This document shows positions 13,830 through 27,870 of a DNA stretch of 64,000 bases, piece after piece (the first letter of the stretch is position 1; each line of letters starts with the position of its first letter). A program made the position numbers and the translations under genes. The stretch comes from the human T2T-CHM13v2.0 reference genome, Homo sapiens, in NCBI RefSeq assembly GCF_009914755.1, contig NC_060945.1; one strand, given 5' to 3'. The notes beneath the pieces are model-generated. The model saw nothing but the letters and a program-made list of their open reading frames with translations. It did not search any database and was not told the DNA's origin.

Positions 13830-14323
13830 AGTAGACTGAAAAGAGTCACAAAATCTTTGCAGCTCTTCACATTGGGTGCTGGAGCCTACTTCTCCATTGC
13901 CTGAATCCTGGTTGGCCTTGTCACTTGCTTTGACCAATAAAATGTGGCAAAGTAATGTATTGTGACTTCTGGGCCCAGATATCAAGAATCTTTGCAGCTT
14001 CTGCTCTCATTCTCTTGGAATACTGACGCCATGTAAACAAGTCTGAGTTAGACTTCTAGAGAGGACACATGGAGGAGAACCAAGGCACCCTGGCCAAAAC
14101 CCTACAAGACCTATAAGTAATGCCATCTTAGATCATTCAGCTTCCTCCAAGCCTTCAGCTGATGGGCACCACATAATGAGTTCAGATGCAACCATCAGAA
14201 GAGCTGCCCAGCAGAGCCCAGTCCAAAGTGTCAACCCACAAAAAAACAGCAAATTAAATGGGTGATTTTTTAAGCCATTAAGTGTTAGAATGGTTTGCTA
14301 TGGAGAAATGGATAACTGATTCA
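13830..14323 (+). mobile_element. MLT1-family LTR
   Basis: cttgctttgaccaataaaatgtggca and 3' end ttttaagccattaagtgttagaatggtttgctat...gataactgattca. Confidence 0.65.
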
Positions 14324-14334
14324 GATTGTGATAT

Positions 14335-15582
14335 GGATGGTGGTGACAGTAAGGGTGAGGGTAATGGTGATAGCAGTAGTAGTAGTGACAGTAGTGGGGA
14401 GGTATTGGTGATGGTGATGATGATGGCAATGGTGATAATGGTGATGGGGTGATGGTGTGGTGGTGGTGATGGTGGTGGTTGTGGTGGTGGTGGTGGTGGT
14501 GGTGATGGTGGTGATGGTGGTGGTGATGGTGGTGATGGTGGTGGTGATGGTGGTGATGGTGGTGGTGATGGTGGTGGTGATGGTGGTGGTAGTAGTGGTG
14601 GTGGTGGTGATGGTGGTGGTGATGTGGCCATGGTGATGGTGTTGGTGGCGGTGGTGATGGTGGTGATGGTGATGATGATGATGGTGATGATGGTGGTGGT
14701 GATGGTGAAGGTGGTGATGGTGGTGGTAGTAGTGGTCATGGTGGTGATGGTGATGATGGTGGTAGTAGTGGTGATGGTGGTGATGATGGTGATGATAGTG
14801 GTGATGATGGTGATGTTAATGGTGATGGTGGTGATGGTGATGGTGGTGATGGTGGTGGTTGTGGTGGTGATGATGGTGGTGATGATGGTGGTGGTGATGA
14901 TGGTGATGATAATGGTGATGGTGGTAACAGTGGTGGTGCTGATGGTGATGATAATGGTGATGGTGGTGATGGTGGTGATGGTGATGATGGTGGTGGTGGT
15001 GATGGTGGTGATGGTGGTGGTGGTGATGGTGGTGGTTGTGGTGGTGATGATGGTGATGGTGGTGATGGTGGTTGTGGTGGTGATGATGGTGGTGATGATA
15101 ATGGTGATGGTGGTGATGGTGATGGTGGTGGTGGTGATGGTGGTGATGGTGGTGGTGGTGATGGTGGTGATGATGGTGGTGGTGGTGATCGTGGTGGTAG
15201 TAGTGGTGGTGGTGATGGTGGTGATGGTGGTGGTGGTGATGTGGCCGTGGTGATGGTGTTGGTGGCGGTGGTGATGGTGGTGATGGTGATGATGGTGGTG
15301 ATGATGGTGAAGGTGGTGATGGTGGTGGTAGTAGTGGTGATGGTGGCGATGGTGATGATGGTGGTGATGATGGTGAAGGTGGTGATGGTGGTGGTAGTAG
15401 TGGTGATGGTGGTGATGGTAATGATGGTGGTGGTGGTAATGGTGGTGGTGATGGTGATGGTGATGATAATGGTGATGATAATGGTGATGGTGGTGGTGGT
15501 GATGATAATGGTGATGGTGGTGGTGGCGGTGATGGTGGTGGTGGTGGTGATGGCAATGATGGTGATGGTGGTGGTGGTGGAG
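14335..15582. repeat. ~1.25-kb imperfect (GGT/GAT)n trinucleotide tract
   Basis: Seen directly. Confidence 0.97.
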
Positions 15583-18379
15583 ATAACCATGGGATTACTG
15601 GTGGCAGTGTCAACTCTGGACTCCCTAAGTCATCAGAGAAAAACTGAATTTTCCTTCATGTGGATTTTGTGTGTTTTGTTGTGTTCCAGTTCTTTGAAAC
15701 TATGCATTACCTTTGGAGTTACATGTACCTATTTCCAATTAAATCTCTGGGCCCTCTTCTCAGGAAAATAGAGTTTTTTTCAGACTTTGGGGACTTGTGG
15801 CACTACACTCTGGGTTGGACCTGCGGTGAGAAGCCCTGTGCTATGCTTACCTGACATTCTCATGTCACAAACAGGTCGTGCCGGCTGCTGAAGTATTTGT
15901 CAGTGTGGCTGTCCTGCGCCAGCAGGGAACTGAGTTGTGTGACATTCACGTGGCCCCTTCAGTTAGCACCGCACGGTTGGTTAAGAGGAGGGTTTTATTC
16001 AGGCATAAATATTTTGAAATATTTGTAATCAAATCCCACGTAGTATAGACAACCTCCCAGATGGTGGAGGGGAAACACACCACCCCCCTGACTGGGAGAG
16101 AAAAGACCGCGGTTTTCTTTCCTGCCACTTGTCCTCCTCCGGGAGCCTCGGTCTCCTCTCTGTGGGACAGGGCAGCCTCCCCTGGCTCCTCCTGGTGCAG
16201 GATCGATGAGGCTCTTGCCCACAGCCTTTGTCCCCCGACTTCCTACCACCTGGTGTCCTCACCCCATCTGGGCCCCGAGCACACAGCCTCTGGTCCTGGT
16301 TTCCACTGAAAATGTAAACTATGGTCCACGCCACATTCTCCAGTACTCCTGTGCTATTGTGAAAGTAAAAGACAAAAATACACGTGCTTGGCAGCCCGAG
16401 AGCCTGGGTGAGATTATTGAGAATAATGCGGTGGCTCTGGCTTAAAAAATAAAAGCCGGAGGATCTACCACCAGCTCTGAACACACACCCGTGACAAAAA
16501 CTGACTCATGTGCAATTGCCCATTAGTGGCAGGTCTTGCCATTTTTCGTTTTTTTCTGAGTCGAGATCAGCTGCGGCTGGGGAGAACATTAGTTCTGTCT
16601 GTCGGCTCCATGAGTAAGCAGAGGAAAGTCTGACTACAGAGGCATCTTCTCAAATGTCCATGAAAGGCTGCAAGCCCGAGAGTAACGCCCCTGCTGCCCT
16701 GAGTGGTCCACGTGGTGTCCAGAGTGTGAGAAAGCCACAGAGAGCTTTTCCACACGGAGCCACTTAAGGCCTGCCTCAGCCTGAGAACACTTGGGCAGAA
16801 AAGGACAGCACGGCTTCCTCCTCCTCCAGGCCGGGCCTACAAGCACCCACAGTTCCGACAGAGAAAGTCTCTTCTTAATGGTACACATGTGTCTTACTGT
16901 AGCTCCCAGTTAGTCCCCTAAGCGTGAACCACCACCCACCCATGCTGCTCCCCTCCCACCATCTCTCCATAAACAGGACCCAACGCAGCCAAAAACTCAT
17001 GGTCATGTGACCTTGGCATCAGCTTGCTCGTTAGGAACCGTGCCTGGAGGTGCTCTGAGCACTGACTGCCAACCTCAGCAGGGCCCTTTGTGGTGTTGAG
17101 GTGTGGTGTCCGCAGGGCAGCCTGCAGCCTGCTGGGGTCCAGCCTGGGGCCTCAGGTCCTGGGAACCCTGGTTGAGGCTGGGCTGCCTCAGTGCCCCTCC
17201 GCAGCCTGCTGCACCCAAGCACTCTGAGAAAAGGAGCAATCACCCAACTTCAGTCTGAAAATGAGAATGTTGAGAAGGGCATGATGAGGGGAAGCAGACC
17301 AGAGCCCACCGGCAAGGGTAGAACGTCAGCCCCGCCCTAGTGGGACAGACAAGAGAGAAGCCTCCTCACACCAGGAGGCAGTATAGCGGGAGCCTTCCCT
17401 CCAGGGCTCTCAGGAGAGCCTGTGCTGGTTCATGAAAAAGTGAGGCCTCTGGGCTTTGCTGCTGCAGAGTGAGGTCAGAGCCCACAGGCCCCACAGATCA
17501 TCCTGCCTGACAAGCACAGGAGGCACCACTGCTTGAATTCAGAGGGCAGCTCCGAGGGTCCTAGGTCCCCTGTGAATCTCCACAGAATCCTGGGACCTCA
17601 GAGCCTGCATCAGTTGGTCCCCCATGCAGGGACTTAGTGACTCCGCAGCCCCAGTCAGGGCCTGCTCTGTGCCAGGCATTGCTCTGCAGACCCAAAGGGA
17701 CTCCAGGCCAGTCCTCATCCTCAGGGCCCACAGTGTAACACAGAGGCCGTGCCGCAGGCTCTGCTCCTCTGCCAGCAAGCTGTGCAGTCTTGGGCAGGTT
17801 ACTTCAGTGCTCTGGTCTCAGCTTCCTCTGCAAGTGGTGGCAGGGCTGTGCTGGAGGCACGAGAGGGGTGTGGGAGCTGCAGGCTCTGGCAGGTGGCACG
17901 CTGGGGTTCTTGGAGAGGGGTGTGTGGCTGCCAGGGGACTACTGCTGTCATTGCCATCTGCAGAGACAAACAGAAACCCAACACGGCAGCCATCACTGGG
18001 GCCCCTTCATGGGAGGGATAGGGTGGAAATTGCAGGTCCCAGCAAGGCCTCAAAGCAAGTGCCCAGCCTCCCCTGATCAGTCCAACCTGAAGCCAGGTCC
18101 TGGTGTGCACAGAGATGCACGGCTGGGCTGCCCCACCTGCTTGGGCCACAGGAAGCATTTCTCTAAAGGTGAGCAGCTTCCTCTGCAGGTGACACGGCCT
18201 CCACCCAAACCCAGAGGCTCTGGCTCTCCCACTGCGGCTTGCCGCGGCCCCACACTTGCCTGCTCCCACACTGACACCTCCAACACCACAGGGGCTGCTG
18301 GGTCACGTGGCCCAGATGGCAGGGCTGCTCAGACAGTCATTTTCTGCTCCTGGCCGCCTCGAAGCTGGCAGCCTCCATG

Positions 18380-19400
18380 TCAGCCGAGCCGTGGGTCAGA
18401 GCAGTGCCCCCAGGAATTAAATATGTTGCCTTCAGAACCCAAAAAGGCCTGTCAGGCCCTGTGCTTCCTCCTTTGAAGTAGGGGATGCAAGATGTAGCAA
18501 TTTCTCTTTTACTTTAGAGGATGTCCTGGTATGAACCTGATCACTGGTGCCCTAAAAACTTCCATGAAGTTAGGTCCCTGAATCCTCGGAGTTCACCTCC
18601 CACCCACAGATGCAAATGTGTCTCATAAGGCCTCTAGCTCATGACCCTCCTGTTCCTCCTCCTGCCCATTATGTCGTCACTGTAATGGATCAGTGTGGTG
18701 TCCGGTGCACTGCTCAGGTGCCCAGATCTTTTCAGGCAATATTAGGACAGAGGACAGAGTTAGCGTGGCCCTGCACTAAACTGGGAATGAGTATTGTTGT
18801 TCCTCCCATGTAAATGCAAACTGTTTCCGATCCTCTTTTCTAATTGGAATAGAAAAGAATGCAATGGCCAATCACTGGCCTCATTAATCTGCTACGATGA
18901 TACGTCTGACACAGCAGATGCAACTGGAGCTACTACCGGGTTCAGGCTAAGTGGTCTGGCGTCACTTTCTAGGATCCATCAGTCTTTGCAATGACCAGGC
19001 CAGAGAATTAGACACGACAGTCCACCACCCTCGCCTCCGTGAGGCCTTTAACGGTGGTGCCATCCTCCCAGGATGCAACGTGGTTTGTGATTTACTCTCT
19101 TGGCCATGGAAAGGGGACTTCCCCACTATGATGTCTGTCACCACACAGGCCTGGGATCCAATATATGGCTACTCCAGCCACCAAGTACATAAATTATAAT
19201 TACATACTCAGGGGGCAGGGAAGCGGCCACTGGATGGTCTTCTGGCCCAGGGGTCTCACTGTGCCCAACACTTTAGCCAGGATTCCTTTTTATTACCTGG
19301 CCCCGTCAGCCCCTTCTCTAACAGGGAGGCCACAGCGACACTTTTGGCCTCCAGTATCAAGGTCCACTCACATCCCGCGTCCATTTGTCCTCAAAATCTC
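18380..19400 (-). mobile_element. Decayed ERV-L class (class III) pro-pol remnant; probably continues as gag towards ~20.9 kb
   Basis: Manual minus-strand translation gives LAIAFFSIPIRKEDRKQFAFTWEEQQYSFPV (~18780-18872), TLIHYSDDIM (YSDD at 18673-18684, the RT YxDD motif) and a protease-like GQMDAGCEWTLIL (~19352-19390); stops and frameshifts present. Confidence 0.8.
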
Positions 19401-21027
19401 TGGATTTTCCCAGCGTGCAGCCAGCTGAGTGAGTGACAGCGGGATTCTACAGAACATCCTTGTCAAGGTATTGCCTGGTCCTTCCTTCTGGTGACCTGGC
19501 CACCTCTGCAATCAATGGTTCCAGACAGGAAATTAGCTCAAGTCCAGGAATGGAGTAGGGAACCACGATATTTTACTGGAGTCCCCGCCCTCGGCCTCTT
19601 TCTTCCTTCCTCTGCCGTCCGCCAGGGCGGCTTGGCTCAACATGACCCATCGCTTTCTCCAGGCTTCTGGGAGCCATCCCAGAATCATCTTTGACCCACG
19701 ACCTGCAGAACTTGCCAGGTAACTAATCCTATGTGCCAAGCAAGTGCCTCCGCCTCAATAGTTCTTCTGTCCCCCTGGATAAAGCACCCTGGAAATCTAA
19801 TACCGGGGGTGTTCCCTGGCTCCTGCAGGCACATGCTGGCTGCCTCGTGCAGTTCCTGGACATGCAACCTCTCTACTCCCTGGTCAGGCCTAGCAGGTCC
19901 CCATCCAGGTTACCCTGGACTTTCTCCCTAGTCACTGCTGGCAGCCAAGAGACAAGGTGGAGCAGCCCCCAGTGAGGGCACCTGCTGCTCTGGTAGGGGA
20001 GGCCCCTGGAGCATCTTCCAGCACAGAGGAAGTGCTGGCTTCCAAGGGCAGGAGGGGCCCCTCTGCAAGCTCTGAGGGGACAGGGGTCTGCAGGGCCATG
20101 CCCTCAGGGCTTCCACCTGGATGTCTCAGCCCATGTTTCAGGGTCCCAGATTTTCCCAACCGGGGTCCAGACCTTCACATAGGCCAGCCGTGGCCAGGCA
20201 TCAAAACATGCCTAGAGCTAGGTGGTCCCCACAGTCACTGTCGGCTCCTCAGCCATACTGGTTCTACCTCTGCCAAACATGGGACTCCTTTTCAGCAACC
20301 AGAGAGGCCCTTTGTTCTCACACCAAGCCTGATGGGCAACCGTGGGTAACGTCGCAATCTCCATTCATCCCTCTGTGGAGCATCAACCCCACTCCCCCCA
20401 TGCACTGAAAGGGGGAAACTGCCACACCCACAAGGCCTCCCCTTCCACCAGGAAAACGTCCCAGATCACTCTTGGTGAAAACATTTAACAATTGGGGCCC
20501 TAACTTTGTGCCAAAGATTACCCATATCCCCACATCAACCAGAATGGTGTCCTCGGTGTTGGCCGGGAAACGGCCACCGCACCAGCTGAGTCTCAGGCCC
20601 CTCCTGCACCACTTGTGTTAATTGGGGTCTTCCAAGAGGCAGGTGCCATGGAAGCTCTGACGTGACTGGAGATTTATCAGTGCAATGTCTGTGAAGGATG
20701 CTGGGGAGGTGGCCAAAGAGGACGGAAGCCTCAGACCACAGGTGAGACCCCTGTGAAGGAGATACGGGGAGCCTTGGCCAGCACGTGCCCCTAGACAGTG
20801 CTGGCCAGGCCGAGGGAGAACTTCTGGAGCCAAGGTAACCCCTAAAGGATTCTGGTCTTGTGAGGAGGGGCCTGGCTTCCCCCTGGGAGCTGCTGGCTTG
20901 GAAGCAGGAGGCATTGCCCAGGTGAGAGTTCGGCATGGACCCAGGGGAGTGGCACACGGTGCCCGCCGTCAGCTGTGCTCAGGAGCAGCAGGCAGGAGCC
21001 CTGGACTCATGGCTACCATGTGGCTGC

Positions 21028-21273
21028 CACACTCAGGCACACTTAGGCACATACACTCACACTCAGGCACACTTAGACACACACTCACACTCAACCTCAG
21101 ACGCAGACACACACCACACACTCACAGATGCACACACAGTCTCAGACACAGACACACACCACACACAGATACACACACCACAGACTCAAACTCAGTCTCA
21201 GACACAGACACACACCACACACTCAGATGCACACACCACACACACTCAGTCTCAGACACACACACACACCACA
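21028..21273. repeat. CA-rich low-complexity repeat
   Basis: Seen directly. Confidence 0.85.
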
Positions 21274-22132
21274 TTTGCAAACCTGCTCATCAGAAGAGGG
21301 ACCTCGCCCCCAGCCGCTCCGCCCCCTTCCAGGACAGCTCTGAAGGGAGCCCTGTCCCGGAGCCCAGGGACCTCTCCCCAACCCGGCTGCGCCTCACCTC
21401 AAGGAGGAACCCCGGCCCTGGCTGGGGGACTGTGACCAGGGTGGGGAGTGGGGACCCCAGACAGAGCCCTACCAGGGACCCCTGTCACTCTGTCCCCGGC
21501 TGGGCTCAGGTGGGGACCTCACGGTGGTCCCAGGGCCCAGCACCAAGCCCACCTGTGGTTTCCAGCGGGAAAGGGGTGGCAGGGGTGGCTCGCCGCATGC
21601 CCAGGCTCTGCCCCAACCTCCGCGCCCAGGCTCTGCTGTCCCTGCCCTCCCGGCTCCCCACCCTCAGGCCCCAGGAGCAGCAGTTTCTGCAGGAGCTCCT
21701 GACCCGGGGCCTCTCGCGGGAGGCCTGAGCAAGCGGGACACAGGACACGGGGTAGGGGAGGGGTGGGGCGGCTGATGGGGGGAACCCTGCACCCCCCAGG
21801 GCAGCTGCTACCAAGGGGCGAGTCCCAGGGCCCCCGTCGGCCCTGCGTGCGGGGCGCGGTCCCCAACACCCAGGGCCCCGGAGGCGGACACAGCCCCAGC
21901 CAGGTCGTCCGGGAAATGGGGCGGGGGCGACGGGCGGCGGGGCCCGGGACGCGAAGTCCGAGCAGCAGCGGGCAGGGGCTGGCGGGGGAGCTCGGCCCGG
22001 GCTGCAGGGGGGTCCCCACCCTCTCCACCTCCTCCTGCCTCCCGCCCTCGAGGGTCCCCGCTTCCCTCCCATCCCCCTCCCGTGCCCCCGGCCCCCTCCT
22101 CCCATCCGCGGGGCCGCAGCGCTTCCTGGCGG

Positions 22133-22166
22133 CGGGGCGGGTCAGGCCGGCGGGGCGGGGTATAAA
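22133..22166 (+). promoter_or_regulatory. COL6A2: COL6A2 core promoter: GC boxes and TATAAA (22161-22166)
   Basis: ggggcgggtcaggccggcggggcggggTATAAAgggg about 30 bp upstream of exon 1. Confidence 0.85.
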
Positions 22167-22191
22167 GGGGGCGGCGCCGGCCGCGGTTCCC

Positions 22192-22254
22192 TCCCTGCTG
22201 CTTACTCGGCGCCCGCGCCTCGGGCCGTCGGGAGCGGAGCCTCCTCGGGACCAG
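22192..22254 (+). other. COL6A2: COL6A2 non-coding exon 1 (start approximate)
   Basis: Downstream of the TATA box; ends in donor CCAG/gtgagc; joins the exon 2 leader at 35584. Confidence 0.85.
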
Positions 22255-23250
22255 GTGAGCGCCTCCCGGACCCCGCACCCTGGAAGCCGCTCGGCCCGCG
22301 GGGGGTGACCCCGAGTCCTGGGAAGGCGGCGGCGGCGGCTCCGTCCCTCGGGCCCCCGGGAAGGGGGACTCCAGCCCCAGGGACGGCGGGGGGCTCGGCG
22401 GGTTCGGGGCTCCTCCTCGCGGGGCTGGGGCCGCGCCTGCCCCTGTGGCTCCGCGTCTCTGGGTCCGACCCTCGGGCGCGCGACTTGGGGCCACCTCCCC
22501 GCGGCCTCCTCTGGGGCGGAGCCGGCCTGGGCGGGGTGGGGGGGGTCCCTGTCTGCGCCCGAGCTCGGTGCTGGGACCCCCGCTCCCGAGACGACCCCGG
22601 CACCGCACGCCCCGCCAGGCCCCGCGTCTGCGAGCGGTTCGGGTCCGGCTCCGGCCCGCGGGGAAGACGCCCCGGCTGGCTGGGACCTCCGGGGGCGCAG
22701 GGCCTCTCCCCGGGCCGGACGGAAGGGGCGGCGGGGCGGGGGGAGGAGGGGCTTTCGGTGCCCGAGGGCGGGACAGGGCGGGGAGGGGACGCGGGTGGCC
22801 CCGACGCCCCATCGCTGCGCCCCTCCCGGCCTGGAGCCCACCAGGGCCCCGCCAGGCCCAGGAGAAGCTGCAGACGGAGGCGGCTCCCCAGGGCGGCGGG
22901 ACCCGGGCTGACAGCGACCCGCAGCCCCTGCCGGGCCGCCCACACCCGCCCTGGGACTCCGCCGGGGCGCTGGTGGAACCGCTGGGCCTGGGTCTCCACT
23001 GCTGGCAACCGAACGGATCGGCCCTCTGTGGAGCCGCAGGTGTGCGGGCGAGCGGCGCCCATCCGGGCTGTGCCAGCAGAACCCCGGTGCCCGCGCCTAG
23101 GACGCCCCTGGAGAAGGGACCTTCCCTTTGGGGTCGGAACCCAGAAAGGAGGGGCCTGCGATCCGCGGAGCTCCTTGTTCTTGGGATAACACAGCTCTGG
23201 CTTGGAGGCCCCCTTGCACTTCGACTCTGGTGATTATTTCAAGAAAGGCC

Positions 23251-23563
<313 letters not shown>

Positions 23564-23968
23564 GGAAAGAAAGGCCCGGTGAGATGCTTTCTCTTAAACA
23601 CGGCCCTGCACGTTGAGTTGCTGCCTCCTGTGGCCTATTTCACGTTTATGCAAAGTCGGGCGCCTGATGCGGGGCTCACCCGCCACAAGCAGGGGTCCTG
23701 GCGCTGCTCATGGAAGGGGCCCTACCCAGCCCGCGGGGCACTGGCTGGGACGGGGCTGCCCAGGTCCGCCCAGGATCCAAACACCCAGCCCCGCCCAGCG
23801 GCCCTTCCTGGCCTGCAGTGGAGGCTGTAATGGGCAGGGGTGGTGGGAATCCCAGCTCACAGGGCGCCTGCTCTTAGAAGGGCGGCGTCTGGGTCCAGAG
23901 GTCAGAAACGTCAGATGCCCATCCCAGAAGTGGCGGGGAACCTGTCTCCACAATGGATAGCAGCACTG

Positions 23969-24001
<33 letters not shown>

Positions 24002-24174
24002 CTCATTTCATAGATAAGGAATGATGCCTTGTTGGGGGGTTTGTTCTGCATGTCTTTGGTTTTTGTGCAGTACAAGGCTATTTGGGCTGTTTGATCACTG
24101 ACCGTGTGTAGTGATGTGCATTGCCTGGTTGTGATGTCCCCATGTTCCTAATGGATGTTCGCTTTTTGGGTTTT

Positions 24175-24391
24175 TTTGGTTTTTTGTTTGTTTGTTTGTT
24201 TTTTGAGACAGGGTCTTGCTCTGTCACCCAGGCTGGAGTGTGGTGGTGCTATCACTGCTCACTGCAATCTGCACATCCCTGGCTCAAGCGAGCCTCCACC
24301 TCAGCCTCCGAGTAGCGGGGACTACAGGCATGCACCACTGTGCCCAGCTAATTTTCTTTTAAGAGACGGGGTCTCACTATGTTGCCCAGGC
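24175..24391 (-). mobile_element. Partial AluJ-like element
   Basis: T-rich tail, then gagacagggtcttgctctgtcacccaggctggagtg... Confidence 0.85.
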
Positions 24392-24477
24392 CATGGATGT
24401 GTTTGTTTGTTTGTTTGTTTGGGGTGTTTGGGGGTTTTTTTCTTTTTTTATTGATTTGAAAAAGCTTTATTTTCCCG

Positions 24478-27400
24478 AATTTTTTATTGTGGTATACAAT
24501 ATAAAATGTACTGTCTTAACCATTTTTAAGTGTGCAGCTAGTTCAGCGACAGTAAGTACATTCATAGTGTTGTGTAGCCATCACCAAGGTCCATCTCCAG
24601 AACTCTTTTCCTCTTGTCAAACTGAAGCCCATGGAGCACCAACTCGCATCACCCCTTCCCTCCCCTGGCAGCCACCATCCTACTTTATGTTTCCAGGAAT
24701 TTGGCCATTTAGGTGACTCATATGAGTGAAATCGTATGAAATGTCTCCTTTTGTGACTGGCTTATTTCACGTGGCTTAAATGTCCTCCAGATTGATCCAC
24801 ACTGTAACGTATGTCAGCATTCCCTTCCTTTGTAAGGCTGAGCAGTATTCCACTGCATGCATGCCCTGCATTTTGTTTACCCATTCGTCTGTTGCTGGAC
24901 ACTTGTGTTGCTTCCACGTTTGAGCTACTGTGAATGATGTGGCCATGAACACACCACACAGATACCTCTTGGAGATCCCACTTTCACTTCTTTTGAGTAT
25001 GTTCCCAGAAGTGGAAATGTGGATCATTTGATTTTTTCATTTTTTTGAGAATTAATTGCCTCACTGTTTCCCACGGTGGCTGCACCATTTTGCTTTCCTG
25101 CCAACAGTGCACAAGGGTCCAGTTTCTCCACATCTGCACCAACAGGTGTCATTTTCCGGGTTCGCTTGGTTTTTTTTAAATGTTAACCATCCTAATGGGT
25201 GTGAGGTGGTATCTCACTGTGGTTTTGACTTGCATTTCCCTCATGATTAGTGACGTTGAGCATCTTTTCATGTGCTTGTTGGCCATTTATATATCTCTTG
25301 GGAGAAATATCTGTTTAAGTCCTTGACCTATTTTTGAATCAAGTTGATTGTTTTTTGTTGTTGAATTTTAGGAGTTCTCTGTATATTCTGGATATTAATC
25401 CCTTATTAGATACACAGTTTACAGATATTTTTTCTCATTCTCTGGGTTCTTTTTACTCTGTTAATGATGTCCTTTCACTAGATAGATGCAAAAAATGTTT
25501 TTAAATTTTGGTGTAATCTGATTTATCTATTTTTTCTTATTGTCATACCCAAGAAATCATTGCTCAGTCCCATGTCACGAAGGTGTTACCTTATGTTTTC
25601 TTCTAAGGGTTTTAAAGTTTTAGGTCTTAAAACGTAAAGATCCATTTTGAGTTAATTTTTGTATATGGTATTAGGTAAGGGTCTAACTTCATTCTTTTGC
25701 ATGTGGATATCTAGTTGTCTCTGCACCGTTTGTTGAAAAGACTGTCTTTATCGAATGGTCTTGACGGCTTGATTGAAAGTCATATATGCAAGGGTTTCTT
25801 TCTGGACTCTCTGTTTTATTCTGTTGGTCTGTATGTCTGTCTTTATGCCAGTGCCACACTGTTGATGACTGCAGCTTTGTAGTAAGTTTTGAAATTAGGA
25901 CATGTGAGTCCCCCAGCTTTGTTCTTATCTTTCACGATTTTTTTTTTTTTTTTTTGGCTATTCGAGGTCCCTTGAGATTCCATCTAAATTTTAGGATTTA
26001 TTCACTATTTCTGAAAAAAAAAAACAATCACTGGGATTTTTATAGGGATTACATTAAACCTCGAGATCAATTTGGGTGGTATTGACATCTTAATATAGTA
26101 AGTCTTCCAATCTATGAACATGAATGTCTTTTTTTAAATGTCCTCTTCAATTTCTTTCAGAAATGTTTTGTAGTTCTCATTGTACAGGTCTTTCACCTCC
26201 TAAGTCAATTTTTAAGTATTTTATTATTTTTGATACTATAGTAAATAGAATTGTTTTCTTAATTTCCTTTGGATTGTTCATTGTTAGTGAATAGAAATAC
26301 AACTGATTTTTATGTGTTTACTATGTATTCTGCTATTTTGCTGAATTTGTTTATTAGTTGTAACAGTTTTTGTGGAATTTTTAGGGTTTTCTACATACAA
26401 GATCATATCATCAGTGATCAGAGATAATTTACTTATTTCTTTCCAATTTGAATGCCTTTAATTTCTTTTTCTTGCCCAATTGCTCTGGCCAGAACTTCCA
26501 GTACAGTGTTAAATAGAAGTAGTGAAAGCAGGCATCCTTCCTTTATTTCTGACCTTAGAGGAAAAGCTTTCAGTCTTTCACCACTGAGTATGATGTTCAC
26601 TGTGGCTTTTTCGTATAATATGGCTTTTATTATGTTAAGGTTGTTTCCTTCTATTCCTAATTTGTTGAGTGTTTTTATCATGAAAGGGTATTGAATTTTG
26701 TCATATGGTTTCTCTGCATCAACTGCAATGATCATGTGTGAGTTTTTTTTCCTCCTTCATTCTGTTAATGTGTATTACATTGATTGATTTTTTTTTTTTT
26801 TGTATGTTGAACTATCCTTGCACTCCAGAAATAAATCCTACTTGGTCAATTCATTAAATTCCATTTAATTGCATCAAATTATACCAAATTTAGTTTACTA
26901 TTAATAGTATTTTGTTTAGGATTTTTGCATCAATGTTCATAAGGAAGACTGGATTGTAGTTTTCTTCTCTTGCAATATCTTTGTCTGGTATTGGTATCAG
27001 AGTAATGCTGGCCTCGTAAGAATGAGTTAAATAGTGTTCCCTTCTCTTCAAGTTTTTTGAAAATTTTGGGAGGGTTTGGTGTTAGTTCTTTATGTGTTTG
27101 GTAGAATTCACCAGTGCAGCCATCAGGTCCAGAGGTTGTTTGTCAGGAGATTTTTGAGTATTGATTCAATCTCCTTACTAGTTATGTCTATTCAGATTTT
27201 CTATTTCTTCATGATTTGATTTTGTCTTGATAGGTTTTGTCTGTCTGGAAATTTTTCCATTCCATCTGTGTTATTCAAATTGTTGACATATAGTTGCTTA
27301 TAGTACACTCTTATAATCTTTTTTATTTCTGTAGAATTAGTAGCAATGTTGCCACTTTCACTTATAATTTTAGTAATTTGAGTTTCTTCTTTTTTTCTTA

Positions 27401-27870
27401 GTCTAGAATCTAGCTTAAGGCTGGTCAATTCTGTTATCTTTTCAAAGAACCAACTTTTGTTGTCATTGATTTTCTCTATTATCTGTCTGTTCTCCATTTT
27501 GTTTATCTTTGCTCTGATCTTTATTTTTTCCTTCTTTCTGCTAGCTTGTTCTTTTTCTAGTTCCTTACATTGTAAGGTTAAGCTCCTATTTGAGACCTGT
27601 CTTTTTTAATATAAGCATGTATAGCCATCAGTTTCCCCCTTAGCACTGCTTTCACTGTCGAACAAGTTTTTAAATTTGTGTTTTCATTTTCACTCATCTC
27701 TAAGTATTTTATAATTTCCCTTGTGATTTCTTCTCTGATCCTTGGTTATTTAACAGGGTGTTGTTTAATTTCGTGATTTTTTAAATGTCCTTGTTGCTGA
27801 TTTTTAACTTTACTCCTTTGTGGTCTGAAAAGATATCTTGTATGATGTAGATCTTTCAAAATCTATTGAC
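24478..27870 (-). mobile_element. Old LINE-1 (L1MA/MB-like), ORF2 to 3' end
   Basis: Minus-strand ORFs 26433..26735 ([18 protein letters not shown]...[22 protein letters not shown] domain) and 27201..27497 (KSWFFEKI) are L1 ORF2. Confidence 0.92.

Larger units (their letters stand above)
21580..23170. promoter_or_regulatory. COL6A2: CpG island spanning the COL6A2 promoter, exon 1 and start of intron 1
   Basis: Very high GC and CpG density, many GGGCGG boxes. Confidence 0.9.

Noticed and set aside
14278-15771. Poly-Met/Val, poly-His, poly-Pro and poly-Thr ORFs
   Set aside because: Artefacts of the GGT/GAT tract; no promoter or splice support
21506-23233. Overlapping 200-474 aa Pro/Gly/Arg/Ala-rich ORFs on both strands
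   Set aside because: Expected from stop-codon depletion in a CpG island; no recognisable domain
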